Below are positions 39,351-48,665 of a DNA stretch of 64,000 bases, one piece after another. Position 1 is the first letter of the stretch; every line of letters begins with the position of its first letter. A model generated the notes under the pieces. That model did no database searches and was not told where the DNA came from. It was given only the letters and a program-made list of their open reading frames with translations. Location: the IMG/VR virus record IMGVR_UViG_3300042402_002641, positions 216,020-280,019 of that record; one strand, written 5' to 3'. The position numbers and the translations under genes are program-made.

Positions 39351-39880
39351 TTTATAATCTCATCTTTGCCATATTGATCCCAATTAGTGAAGCGATCTCT
39401 TCCTAATAGGTCCTGCAGGTTATGGCACCACACCCCGGGATTAGTTGCTTTAAAATCTTTGTCATCTATCTTTAGTGTAGCGTTATAACCTAATTGATTT
39501 AGATAAGGTAATTTTACACTAATTTGCGGAATAAATCTACGCTTTTCGGTAAGACCGCTTTCAAGCAATCCTTCCGTTTCACTAACATCAAAGTCTAGAG
39601 TACACCAGAATCCATCTTCAGCATCAAGGCATACATAAATCATATTCTCCCATGGACGCCAGGTTTCTGTATCGTTGATGCCCTTAGTTTTGAAACTTTG
39701 ATTAGCTCCAAAATAGATATGTTCGCATTTATGATTTCGAGCCAGTTCCATGATTACATAGGGATCATGCTCTCCGACCACAAATAGAGTTCGCATTCCG
39801 TATGCAGGTGTGCGTTCGATTTCTACGCCTACAAAGAATGTAATGGTATCAGCGACACCAGATTCGTAATTTCTTTTCAT
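39347..39880 (-). CDS. Conserved hypothetical protein in deazaguanine locus
   Basis: Start MKRNYE. Contains 'FFVGVEIERTPA.GMRTLFV', 'HIYFGANQSF' and 'KIDDKDF.ATNPGVW'. Confidence 0.65.
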   Translation of the reverse strand: MKRNYESGVADTITFFVGVEIERTPAYGMRTLFVVGEHDPYVIMELARNHKCEHIYFGANQSFKTKGINDTETWRPWENMIYVCLDAEDGFWCTLDFDVSETEGLLESGLTEKRRFIPQISVKLPYLNQLGYNATLKIDDKDFKATNPGVWCHNLQDLLGRDRFTNWDQYGKDEIIK

Positions 39881-40023
39881 CGTTGGAACCATTTCTTGAT
39901 AGTATTGAGCAAGTTGAGATATCTATAATGATAATCAGTTAACATCGAGGGATGATGAGGACAGCGGCCTTGATGATAGTCACACTGCGGACTGTACTCT
40001 CGATGGCACAATTCACACTTCAT
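39877..40023 (-). CDS. 48-aa Cys/His-rich peptide (not in ORF track)
   Basis: MKCELCHREYSPQCDYHQGRCPHHPSMLTDYHYRYLNLLNTIKKWFQR*. ATGA overlaps at both ends. Confidence 0.6.
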   Translation of the reverse strand: MKCELCHREYSPQCDYHQGRCPHHPSMLTDYHYRYLNLLNTIKKWFQR

Positions 40024-40472
40024 TGTTCGAATCCTTGTTTAATTAATTGTCGTTCTTCACGAGCAGTTCTGTGAGTTTCGCACAATGTCACTAGCCATCC
40101 TTGTCCACCTGTTGTGCCAGAGTTACCACACTCTTCACAAGTGACTCCGCTCATGCTTTCTGCCATACGTACCATACCGTCAATAACATCATCTCCACCT
40201 GTGTAGTAGAAACGCAGTGTGCCAAACTTTTCTTTGACTTGATCCAGCGTTACTTGCGGTACTTGTTTGTACTGTGTATAACCTTTTTCAAAGTTCTTAT
40301 TGTTCCAATCAATGTGATGCTGAATATTACCCATGAGCTGATCTAGTACATTGAACCAGCCATCACCACATTCAAATCCCCAGCACATACAAGTTTCCTG
40401 CATGCTTTTGTTGCGATTAATCATCATCTTGGGATATTTTTCGCACAACAACTTATCTAGTTCTTGTTTCAT
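40020..40472 (-). CDS. Conserved phage protein with Zn-ribbon
   Basis: 'CGDGWF', 'QVKEKFGTLRFY' and 'CEECG...LC..H'. Confidence 0.7.
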   Translation of the reverse strand: MKQELDKLLCEKYPKMMINRNKSMQETCMCWGFECGDGWFNVLDQLMGNIQHHIDWNNKNFEKGYTQYKQVPQVTLDQVKEKFGTLRFYYTGGDDVIDGMVRMAESMSGVTCEECGNSGTTGGQGWLVTLCETHRTAREERQLIKQGFEQ

Positions 40473-40480
40473 ATATTTTC

Positions 40481-40648
40481 CTAATGAACTGCTTCTTTAG
40501 AGTCGCACTCACATTCGACGACCCAGTTGTTAAACTGAGTAAATTTATCAACCTCTACACCTAGACCAACTGCTTCATTTACAAAGTGCTGAAGCAATGA
40601 ATTATACAGTTCATCCGGCATAGTGTGTTTGTCAAATTTGATTTTCAT
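40481..40648 (-). CDS. 55-aa hypothetical protein (not in ORF track)
   Basis: MKIKFDKHTMPDELYNSLLQHF...EAVH*. TAATG overlap with the upstream gene. Confidence 0.55.
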   Translation of the reverse strand: MKIKFDKHTMPDELYNSLLQHFVNEAVGLGVEVDKFTQFNNWVVECECDSKEAVH

Positions 40649-40857
40649 TACCAAGTGCTCACATCAGTGATGTCGATGGTGGTATCTTCATCCTTGTCAT
40701 GATCACCGAAAAGATTAAACTTCACGGAAACTGTAGGACCGATACCACTTGAGCTGTTTGATTCTAGGGTGAACCATTCTACTTCTTTGAAGTGATCTGC
40801 CATCTTAGCGAGTTTTTCAACCTGTGTGCGATTGAGACTAAAAGTATGCGCTGCCAT
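40648..40857 (-). CDS. Hypothetical protein
   Basis: 69 aa with 'SSSGIG' and C-terminal 'DITDVSTW'. Confidence 0.6.
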   Translation of the reverse strand: MAAHTFSLNRTQVEKLAKMADHFKEVEWFTLESNSSSGIGPTVSVKFNLFGDHDKDEDTTIDITDVSTW

Positions 40858-40859
40858 CG

Positions 40860-41045
40860 TTATGCCTGTGTGTGAAGTTGTTGTTTATGTTTAAGTATAG
40901 CAATATTGTCTTTGAGATGCAACCTCTGTTTCTTCATTTCTTCCAGTTTTAGGTCCTGAAACACTCCTGTTTTTTCCAAAGTGTCAATCTGTTTGTCCAA
41001 AGCACGGTGAGCTTCTTCCAAATGTTTAATACGCTGTTCGTACAT
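40860..41045 (-). CDS. YdcH/DUF465-like coiled-coil protein
   Basis: 'L.E.H..LDKQI..LE.....L..MKKQRL.LKD.I'. AGGAG SD. Confidence 0.7.
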   Translation of the reverse strand: MYEQRIKHLEEAHRALDKQIDTLEKTGVFQDLKLEEMKKQRLHLKDNIAILKHKQQLHTQA

Positions 41046-41054
41046 ACGGTCTCC

Positions 41055-42593
41055 TTATACAATTACACTTTCTTCCAAAGCACGTAGTTCATCATCATCG
41101 GGATTTGAGAAATCTATCTCATCAGTTTTCTTACCATCTTCAAATGTCAAGATGTTTGGTACAGCATAGGCCACTGGGCCACCCTGCAGTCGGGCACCTT
41201 CTAGACTGGTCAAGAATCTCGAAGCAGTTTCGATCATGTCAAACGCTTCTTGTTTGGTAGACTTAGAGAACAGTTCTTTTACAAAGTTACTGAAGTATAG
41301 TATCTTGTTAGGCACCCATTCGCTGTAGTCTTTTTCTTTCTTGCCTTCAATACCCCACATACGCCAATCTGGATCAAACTTAGCACACTCAATATCCATT
41401 AAGTTGTTGGCACGTTGCACAGCACGAATATGACATTCAACATTATGACCCATCATCAATGCATAGGCAAATGAATCCCATGATGTCTTGCCTTCTTTCT
41501 TGATCTTGTTCAACATGCCTGGTGCGTAATGGCATATATCTGCGATCGTAAGTCTTCGACCAAAATCGCTTTCGAAAGGAAAAGGTATATCGTGCCGTCC
41601 GGAAAGATTCTTAGTGTCCGGGGCTTTATCCATGATAACACTGAATCGTTTATTGGAATGTTGGGCATTAGTATATACCAATCCGTGAGCTGTTGCGATG
41701 AAAGGTGATGCGCAGTCAAAGGAAATAGTGAAGTTTTCATTTATTTTTTTGATCTCCCGTTGGATCAGTGTGAGATAACAGGCCCAGTCTAGTTGAGCTG
41801 TACCTAAGAAGTGCATCCAGTCCTTGCCTTCTAACATACCTTCAAACTTTAATGTGATCAGTCTGCGTAAGGTAATAGGCATCTTGCACATGTTAGCGCC
41901 ACCCATAGCCCAGCCTTCTGCTTCCTTACCAGCATACTTGCCTTTGGGATCTGAAAACTCTTTGACACCTTCGTACCAACGTTCAGCTGTGTCCCAGTCG
42001 CTGCCTTGTAGTACGTTTAACCACTTGGTCTGACCTAGACGATTCTGTAAAAAGTAGTCGTTGTTAAATTTGGTCTTTTCTAGGCAGTCTTCAAACGTCT
42101 TTAGACCAGTCTTAGGTGAATGAATATGATCACAGGCCCATGTAGGAACGTCAAGCATCATGGACCAATCTGCAGTAACTTCTAGCCATTCCAGTATCTT
42201 TTGACGAGTCTTGTTGGCTTCTGCACCTTCAAAATTTAACCAATCGAACTTGAGTACACCTTTACCAATCTGGTATCCACCAGAGTCGCCTAGGATCATA
42301 GTTTTCGATCGATCACGGTCCTGTATCATGGATTCCTGTACGAGACTCTTGTTGAGATCCAGTTGTGCGTGACCTGCTGAATATAGACCATACTTGTAAT
42401 AGAAATAGCCCTGTTCGGGATTTAGAAAGTTCATGCCTTCAATGCCGCGATCAAACTCTTTAGGAATTCGATCTTTAGGAATAAATTCTTCTACTCTCTG
42501 CTTGGCTATGTATGTGGAATAAAAACTGCTGATAGCAGGCAAATATACCGCATAGTCTTTTTGTAGGGGTGTTAGGTCAATTGGTTGTTTCAT
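41055..42593 (-). CDS. tRNA-guanine transglycosylase-fold protein, probable DNA 7-deazaguanine transglycosylase (DpdA-like)
   Basis: TGT motifs 'DSGGYQ', 'LDVP', 'VLQG', 'AMGG', 'HFLG' and 'SFD'. Sits downstream of pol/clamp and upstream of folE/queE. Confidence 0.75.
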   Translation of the reverse strand: MKQPIDLTPLQKDYAVYLPAISSFYSTYIAKQRVEEFIPKDRIPKEFDRGIEGMNFLNPEQGYFYYKYGLYSAGHAQLDLNKSLVQESMIQDRDRSKTMILGDSGGYQIGKGVLKFDWLNFEGAEANKTRQKILEWLEVTADWSMMLDVPTWACDHIHSPKTGLKTFEDCLEKTKFNNDYFLQNRLGQTKWLNVLQGSDWDTAERWYEGVKEFSDPKGKYAGKEAEGWAMGGANMCKMPITLRRLITLKFEGMLEGKDWMHFLGTAQLDWACYLTLIQREIKKINENFTISFDCASPFIATAHGLVYTNAQHSNKRFSVIMDKAPDTKNLSGRHDIPFPFESDFGRRLTIADICHYAPGMLNKIKKEGKTSWDSFAYALMMGHNVECHIRAVQRANNLMDIECAKFDPDWRMWGIEGKKEKDYSEWVPNKILYFSNFVKELFSKSTKQEAFDMIETASRFLTSLEGARLQGGPVAYAVPNILTFEDGKKTDEIDFSNPDDDELRALEESVIV

Positions 42594-42942
42594 ATTCTCT
42601 CGATAGGTGTGCTATTATTGTTAGTTGGTCTTGTGCCTCTTTTACATTTTCTAGCGCAATGCGAACTGCTTCATTTTTCATAGCTTTTTCTAAAATCTCA
42701 ATCTCTTGGCGTTGTTTACTTTTTGCCCAAGACAATAAATTTTGTGTTTCTTGATCTAGTCCTACAGTGGCATAACTGGTAGTTAGGTTCATCCACGTAC
42801 TACCATCAAATACCTGCATGTCTGATCCCCATACACGGACCATACCTTGCATTGGATTGGTAATATTCATATTAATATATGGCACACTGGTGTTACCACC
42901 AGATACTGTTAGTCCGCTAACACCCTGTAGACCTTTAATCAT
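42577..42942 (-). CDS. Hypothetical protein
   Basis: 121 aa, containing 'MQVFDGSTW'. Confidence 0.6.
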   Translation of the reverse strand: MIKGLQGVSGLTVSGGNTSVPYINMNITNPMQGMVRVWGSDMQVFDGSTWMNLTTSYATVGLDQETQNLLSWAKSKQRQEIEILEKAMKNEAVRIALENVKEAQDQLTIIAHLSREYETTN

Positions 42943-42944
42943 AT

Positions 42945-43682
42945 TTAGGCAGCTTGTGCAGGAACAATATATTTGTAAGTGGCTAATCCACTGTCGAGTG
43001 TGATCTGAATAGCACCTTCATTGCTCAGAGACATCTTGGTGTTATTAACATCAGCGATCTTAAGGATACTTAAGATTGGAAGCACTGGCCAAGTCCAACC
43101 ACGATCCAGTTTACCTGCTACGTTCTGTGCAAAAATAAACTCACCACCGTGTGTGCTTGCATCACCAAAGATAAACTTGAGATTACCGCCGTCTGTCTTG
43201 GCCAAGAATGTTGGATGCTCGTTGTTAGCACCTGCCTGGAAGTTGAAACGCTGTACCGCGGCCACGCTAGGTTCCAGTTCCACATCCCACTTGACACCAC
43301 GGAACTTGACAGTTTTCATCTTTTCGTTGATGATTTCTGCATTCATAAAACGATAATCGTTTTTAAAATCGCTGTCTTTGTTTTCAAAGTGAATGCCTAC
43401 AGGAATAACGTCACCGTTGCGTTCTGCAGTAGTGATTGAAATCTTTGCATCATCCTTGTATTCTGCCCCGTCTAACAGATACTTTAGTTTGTTGAGCTGC
43501 GGCATACCAAACACACCCAACATGTCTGGATAAGGGTTAACAGTTTCTGCTTCCATGATCACTGAACGGTCATCAGCCATTGAGTTGATTGTGGTTTTTT
43601 CTTCTGTGCCTGTGACCTTGACCGTGGTCAAGAAGCCTAGGTTCTGTGTGTGGCTTACGATGTCTTGTAGTATATCTTTCAT
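42945..43682 (-). CDS. DNA polymerase sliding clamp (gp45/PCNA-like)
   Basis: 245 aa with a two-domain alpha/beta pattern, adjacent to the polymerase. The polymerase ends in a clamp-binding-like 'FSKLFDF'. Confidence 0.6.
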   Translation of the reverse strand: MKDILQDIVSHTQNLGFLTTVKVTGTEEKTTINSMADDRSVIMEAETVNPYPDMLGVFGMPQLNKLKYLLDGAEYKDDAKISITTAERNGDVIPVGIHFENKDSDFKNDYRFMNAEIINEKMKTVKFRGVKWDVELEPSVAAVQRFNFQAGANNEHPTFLAKTDGGNLKFIFGDASTHGGEFIFAQNVAGKLDRGWTWPVLPILSILKIADVNNTKMSLSNEGAIQITLDSGLATYKYIVPAQAA

Positions 43683-43707
43683 TTAGAGATTCTCCATGTA
43701 TATTAAG

Positions 43708-43736
43708 ATTATATTTAGATCTTGAGAAAAAATCAA
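43708..43736 (-). promoter_or_regulatory. Sigma70 promoter TTGATT-N17-TATAAT overlapping late CTAAATA
   Basis: Both motifs are readable upstream of the clamp gene. Confidence 0.6.
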
Positions 43737-43744
43737 CCTAGAAA

Positions 43745-46408
43745 TCACTCAAAATCAAACAGTTTGCTGAATGTGTTATCCGACCTTGTTGAACTGATGT
43801 CCCATTCCAAAACACCAATAAGGTTTTCTAGCTTTTCGTCAATGACAGTGGTTTCCATTTCGCCATCGTCGAAAGGCAGATCTTTGAACCATTGCGGCAG
43901 TCTCAGTTCATCCACAGGATATGCCACTGAGGTATAGCCCATAGGATTGTCTTTGACCTTGCAGACAATGACTTTAGCACCATCTACGATGTTCATAGAA
44001 TATTTGTCATCCATCATTCGCTTAAGAGTGTTCCAGTTTAGACTAGCTCGAACATGACCGGGCATGTTGGTTTTGCCGGCTTTCTTTTCTTTGTCACGAT
44101 AGTCAGTGATGTTATTGGCACGTTTAGGTGAACCTTTTTCCCAGCCTGGCCGTGTCTTGAATTCTGTGCGAAAGTTAGTGATGTATTCCAACACTGATTC
44201 CTTAGTCTCGCCGTTTAGCACTCGGGTCAGTACCGCACTCAAGAAGTCTTGGATAACAACCGGGGTATCTGACCGCTTGAGGTCAAGCCCCATGGCTTTG
44301 ATTTTGCCTGGACCGTCGACATCAGCACGTTTGCCTTCTTTGTCGTAGTAGAGAACTGCGTATCGTTTTTTGGTGATAAACAGTCCTTTGCTTGCAACAA
44401 TCTCGCGACCTGCTTTGATGACGTCCCCTCGAGTCTTTGGACAGTGGAAGGCGTCCTGCATGAATTTGACAAATGTTCCATTGACTGTTTCTCCTATGGT
44501 ATCGTAAAGTTCAACCACTGATTCTCTGTTCCAGGGAATCAGTCCTTTCTCAATGTCTTTCTTCAGCGTAGAATACGCAGAGAAATAACAAGAGTCTGTG
44601 TCACCGTAGATAATAGCACGACCAACATGATCTGCTTCTCCGGTAATGATTTCATTGACTTTTGACGCCATATGGCGAGCAATAGCTCTGCCAGTGAGTG
44701 TAGTCGATTGACCGATTCTGTTATCAAAGAATCTGCAGCCTGGATTTAAGATAGCACCATACAGGCTGTTCAAGTTAATCTTCTTAACCAGCTGTCGCTT
44801 GTCCCAGTATTCTTCTTCGATCTTGTTGCCAGCGGCAATACATTCTTTGAGTTTGGCCTGCATTTCTTTGCGTTCTGCATACCAACGTTTCAGCAGTCCG
44901 GGAATGATACCTTCTTTCTCATAGGTAAAGATAGTGCCGTTGGCGCTCAGCATCCAAGGTTGATTTGATTCAAAAATTAAATCGTAGATCTGTGCTGCGC
45001 TTAAAGTATCAGATCCACCATCTTCCCAGTCAATGGTGATTTCACGCCCTACCTTTCTTTCAAGTACGTCAGTGTATTCGATACTGCCAAACATTCCTTC
45101 CCAGGCTGAGGCAAAGGATTTATTTTTAGCCATTTGACCGTCGATATATTCCTTGGTGCCATCTTGGCGCAGTTGTCCCACGATGGTTTCCGGTCCCATG
45201 TTCAGCGCACGAATCGCACTAGGATACAGTGAATTAATATCTAGTGAGCCAATCCATTCGTGTATGCCCTTCTTGGGATAGGCCACATAAGCACCTGCAG
45301 CCTGTGTATCTATGCCATCACGATTCACACGATTAGGAACGATCATACCACGCTTGTGTGCTTCGTTGATGATGGCCTGTTCTGTAACCGCCACGGCACC
45401 CATAGTGGTAGCCAACAGCACTGTGCATTCGTGCGCCAGTGTGTTAGCCAGAGCCAAGAATTTTAATTTCTTGTCTAACTTGTCCAGTAGAGCAGTGTCT
45501 TGCCTGTTGTATTCTATGAATCTACGGAAGTCATTGTTGTACAATTGGTCTAAGGTGCCTTCATAGACAGTCTTGTTTTCCCCAATTTCCATTTCACCAA
45601 TGGCATCCAGTCGATAGGTATGTCGTTCTTCATAGGTATATTTGCGATACAGTTCAAGACTGTCGAGGTGTACACGACCGATGAAGTCATAGGTCACGGC
45701 AGTTTTGCCATACTTTTCGTATTCTCGCTTTTTAGGAAACTGATTCCACAGACAGAAACGGCGTGTGTCCTCTTTGCTTAGGACCTTGGTCACACGATTC
45801 ACTGTATAGGGAATATCAAAACCTTCTGAGTTCCAACCGCTGAGAACATCAACATCTTGTATGATATCTAAAAATGTGTCCAGCATTTCTGATTCAGTTT
45901 CGAACAGCATAGTATTGGGGATGTCTTCGATCTGACGCTTGGCTTCGGCCATGCTGAGTGTTTTAGGAGGGATGGCCAAACATATCATGGTCTCCATCCA
46001 TTGTAGATACACAGCAATAGCGGTGATAGGCATGAATGCATCTTCTGGTGATGCATAACCGCGTTCTGGATCAAAGTCTACTTCGATGTCGAAGAATGCT
46101 ACATTAAGTTTAGGAGCGTCGGTGTTAAGATAATGATCTTCGAGGCAACGATATATGGGATTGATATCGCTTTCGTAGAGTTTTTTGTTGCTGTGTATGG
46201 CTAGTTCTTTGCGATGTTCTTTGACATTTTTTGAACTAACACGGCTTAATGGTTCGCCTTTGATTGATTGGAACTTGCCGCGGGGATCGATGTAATAAAA
46301 AACATGCCTAGCTGGATATTCTTTGAAATGTCTCTGACCTTTGTCATCGCGTTCAACCACACGGATGATATCATTGTCGCGATCATAGAAAGCGTCTACG
46401 TAACTCAT
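43745..46408 (-). CDS. Family B DNA polymerase (T4 gp43-like)
   Basis: Exonuclease motifs 'FFDIEVD', 'GWNSEGFDIPY' and 'YNRQD'. Polymerase motifs 'LDINSLYPS', 'KINLNSLYG', 'YGDTDS' and 'KKRYA'. Confidence 0.95.
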   Translation of the reverse strand: MSYVDAFYDRDNDIIRVVERDDKGQRHFKEYPARHVFYYIDPRGKFQSIKGEPLSRVSSKNVKEHRKELAIHSNKKLYESDINPIYRCLEDHYLNTDAPKLNVAFFDIEVDFDPERGYASPEDAFMPITAIAVYLQWMETMICLAIPPKTLSMAEAKRQIEDIPNTMLFETESEMLDTFLDIIQDVDVLSGWNSEGFDIPYTVNRVTKVLSKEDTRRFCLWNQFPKKREYEKYGKTAVTYDFIGRVHLDSLELYRKYTYEERHTYRLDAIGEMEIGENKTVYEGTLDQLYNNDFRRFIEYNRQDTALLDKLDKKLKFLALANTLAHECTVLLATTMGAVAVTEQAIINEAHKRGMIVPNRVNRDGIDTQAAGAYVAYPKKGIHEWIGSLDINSLYPSAIRALNMGPETIVGQLRQDGTKEYIDGQMAKNKSFASAWEGMFGSIEYTDVLERKVGREITIDWEDGGSDTLSAAQIYDLIFESNQPWMLSANGTIFTYEKEGIIPGLLKRWYAERKEMQAKLKECIAAGNKIEEEYWDKRQLVKKINLNSLYGAILNPGCRFFDNRIGQSTTLTGRAIARHMASKVNEIITGEADHVGRAIIYGDTDSCYFSAYSTLKKDIEKGLIPWNRESVVELYDTIGETVNGTFVKFMQDAFHCPKTRGDVIKAGREIVASKGLFITKKRYAVLYYDKEGKRADVDGPGKIKAMGLDLKRSDTPVVIQDFLSAVLTRVLNGETKESVLEYITNFRTEFKTRPGWEKGSPKRANNITDYRDKEKKAGKTNMPGHVRASLNWNTLKRMMDDKYSMNIVDGAKVIVCKVKDNPMGYTSVAYPVDELRLPQWFKDLPFDDGEMETTVIDEKLENLIGVLEWDISSTRSDNTFSKLFDFE

Positions 46409-46487
46409 TTATTCTCCTATGCAATTTTTAGGCTTGCAAATACCAATGTGCGGTTTATGGCCACGCCTACCATCTACTTTTATTTAA
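46409..46487 (-). promoter_or_regulatory. Structured leader of the polymerase gene (candidate translational operator) with TTAAATA
   Basis: Hairpin TGCAA/TTGCA abuts the AGGAG SD. A second hairpin ATGG/CCAT has a complementary loop (TAGGC/GCCTA). Confidence 0.5.
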
Positions 46488-46774
46488 CTACTTAGCATCC
46501 TTACTAGGCCAACGCTGTCAATACTGACTAGCAAGAGGTAGTTAGCCAACATGCCAAACGATTTCCTAGTATAAGCAGCCCAAGCATACATGGCACAACC
46601 AGAAATCCATATAGGATAAAGAGCCAGTAAAGGCGGAGTGGGGACGGTGACTGCCATAGTGATCGCACAGCCAATACTAATAGCCCAAGCAAGCAGCTCA
46701 ACACCAAAGCGAAACTTATTAGACTTCCAATCATCATGTATCCAATCGAATGTAGGTTTTAATAAATCATTCAT
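46484..46774 (-). CDS. Small multi-TM membrane protein
   Basis: Three hydrophobic segments. Confidence 0.65.
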   Translation of the reverse strand: MNDLLKPTFDWIHDDWKSNKFRFGVELLAWAISIGCAITMAVTVPTPPLLALYPIWISGCAMYAWAAYTRKSFGMLANYLLLVSIDSVGLVRMLSS

Positions 46775-46780
46775 GCATTA

Positions 46781-46809
46781 ATTATACTATTATTGTTTGA
46801 CATTGTCAA
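46781..46809 (-). promoter_or_regulatory. Sigma70 promoter TTGACA-N17-TATAAT (leaderless)
   Basis: Perfect consensus, 6 nt from the -10 element to the ATG at 46774. Confidence 0.8.
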
Positions 46810-46818
46810 ATTTTAATA

Positions 46819-47922
46819 TCATTTTATCAATCTAGATAGTTCTGGAAACACTTCGGCCCAGTTTAATCTACGTCTATAGTCTATGGCATCGAGTGCGTCA
46901 ATCCAGTTGAAGTTGTCACCATTTGTACTCGTTTGAATAAACCGTCTAAGACGTTCAAACTGAGGACCCATGGGTATAATTTCTAGCATGGCCGCTTTAA
47001 CATCGGCAGATACTGTGTCAAATGATAACTTCCCTATTGTTAGTTCTGGAGCTAGTATATAGGTAGTATTATCCTGTCTAAGCCCATTGAACCAATCAAC
47101 TAGCTTAGAAAACTCTAGGGCATTATGTACGCCGAGATTAGGGGCTATATTAATTACTAGCTGTTTATCAAATAGTTTGCCAAAGCTAGCTACATTGTTG
47201 GCTACTTCAGTCCAGTTTAATGGATAGCGTATGTATTCAAACTGTGGGCCTACAGCTTCTACACTACATATCAACATTATGCTCCTACATTCGTTCCAAA
47301 GAGCTACATCTTCCTTAGTAGGCATGATGCTACAATTGGTGTTGACCACCAGACTCAACTTATCTAACGAGCCCTGCTGCTCTTTAACTTTGGTTAGTAT
47401 CTTGTTAATATCTGTGCTTAGGAACGGCTCCCCCCCGTTGAAGTAAATCTGTGTTAACTTGCTAAAGTCCACGTTAAATTCCGGATCAGATTTACGTATT
47501 TGATTAAAACTGCGAAAGCCAACGCCTACAGTATTAAACTTTTCGTCCTCTGCGGCCCAAGCACTGCTCCAATTACTTCCACAGGTAATACATTTGGCAT
47601 TGCATAACGGAGCAACATTATAATGCATTGTTAATAACTCAACTTCATATGGATCTTCTGCCGGGTTAGCGATTCTTCTTTCTCTACTACTAGGCACACC
47701 TGCATCTTCTTTGCGCCAACAGAAGTTGCAGCTACTAGGTCTATTGCCTTTATTAAACTCTTCACGTTGGTTGGTTAGATATACATCTTTATGAAAATCA
47801 ATTACAGATATTGCTGGCCCTGTTTGGTTAACACAACAGGCGCTTATTTTAGCTTGATTATCAGGTTCGGCAGAAACATACAGTCCCTTATAAATTGCCG
47901 CACAATAGTTAGATTGAGTCAA
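46819..47922 (-). CDS. Radical SAM protein (twitch-like N-terminus), paralog of the 20-25 kb family
   Basis: 'CNAKCITC' and 'NGGEPF' motifs, N-terminal C...CC...CNFC, and C-terminal 'D.RR...W.EVFPEL'. Confidence 0.8.
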   Translation of the reverse strand: MTQSNYCAAIYKGLYVSAEPDNQAKISACCVNQTGPAISVIDFHKDVYLTNQREEFNKGNRPSSCNFCWRKEDAGVPSSRERRIANPAEDPYEVELLTMHYNVAPLCNAKCITCGSNWSSAWAAEDEKFNTVGVGFRSFNQIRKSDPEFNVDFSKLTQIYFNGGEPFLSTDINKILTKVKEQQGSLDKLSLVVNTNCSIMPTKEDVALWNECRSIMLICSVEAVGPQFEYIRYPLNWTEVANNVASFGKLFDKQLVINIAPNLGVHNALEFSKLVDWFNGLRQDNTTYILAPELTIGKLSFDTVSADVKAAMLEIIPMGPQFERLRRFIQTSTNGDNFNWIDALDAIDYRRRLNWAEVFPELSRLIK

Positions 47923-47936
47923 GATATGCTGAATAA

Positions 47937-48665
47937 TTAATTATTCTTTTTATTAGCTAACAAGTTTAACAGATTTTTAATTTTTGTCAAGTTTTTGTAT
48001 TCCAATATATTGTCAGTCATGCTATTAACGCTGTCTAATATTCGCTTATGGTACACGGATTTTAGAGGAACAACATCCATCTTAACAAAGAACAAACTGG
48101 TTTCGGAATCTATTTTGGCAGTGGTTTGTGTTTCAGATCTAAAATATAAATCTTCCAGGCCAACGGGGTCAATTTCTTTTTTGTTGTTAGGATGATTACT
48201 TAAATCAGGATTGGTAGTTATAGTCCAAACCCACCTGCGAAAACTCGCTTGTTCACACATTACTCTACTGATACCAGGACTGGCTTTTACCAACAGTTCA
48301 CTATCTGCTACCGGTCGATGAATATCTTCTAAAGTCATACCCAATCGTTGTGATGGGATAAAGCCGCTGGGAAAGCAAAAACAAATAGCTGTTAGTTTGC
48401 CTTGATGCATGACAGCAACATCTTCCTCCAGTCGTAGTGCTAGATCTTGGATTTGATTAGAGTATACACCGCAATATCTTGCAGCACGTTCTACGGTAGC
48501 TTCTGATCCTGCTATCTGACCAAATAAATCTGTGTTATACTTTGCTAATTCTTCTTTTTTCTTTTGTATTATGTCTAGATCAGGAGAAGAAATAAAAACA
48601 GGTCCGGTATTACGAATCATATTAGGACCTGTGGTATACGGTGTTTTTACAAAATCAATCTGCAT
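47937..48665 (-). CDS. DUF3445 / heme-dependent oxidative N-demethylase alpha-like protein
   Basis: 'EED..V...L.A..FCFPSG......LG..L..IH.PV', 'R.VWTI' and 'FRSETQT'. Confidence 0.65.
   Translation of the reverse strand: MQIDFVKTPYTTGPNMIRNTGPVFISSPDLDIIQKKKEELAKYNTDLFGQIAGSEATVERAARYCGVYSNQIQDLALRLEEDVAVMHQGKLTAICFCFPSGFIPSQRLGMTLEDIHRPVADSELLVKASPGISRVMCEQASFRRWVWTITTNPDLSNHPNNKKEIDPVGLEDLYFRSETQTTAKIDSETSLFFVKMDVVPLKSVYHKRILDSVNSMTDNILEYKNLTKIKNLLNLLANKKNN

Noticed and set aside
43745-46408. Intein or intron in the DNA polymerase
   Set aside because: It is a continuous 887-aa ORF with normally spaced motifs and no splice-junction signature.
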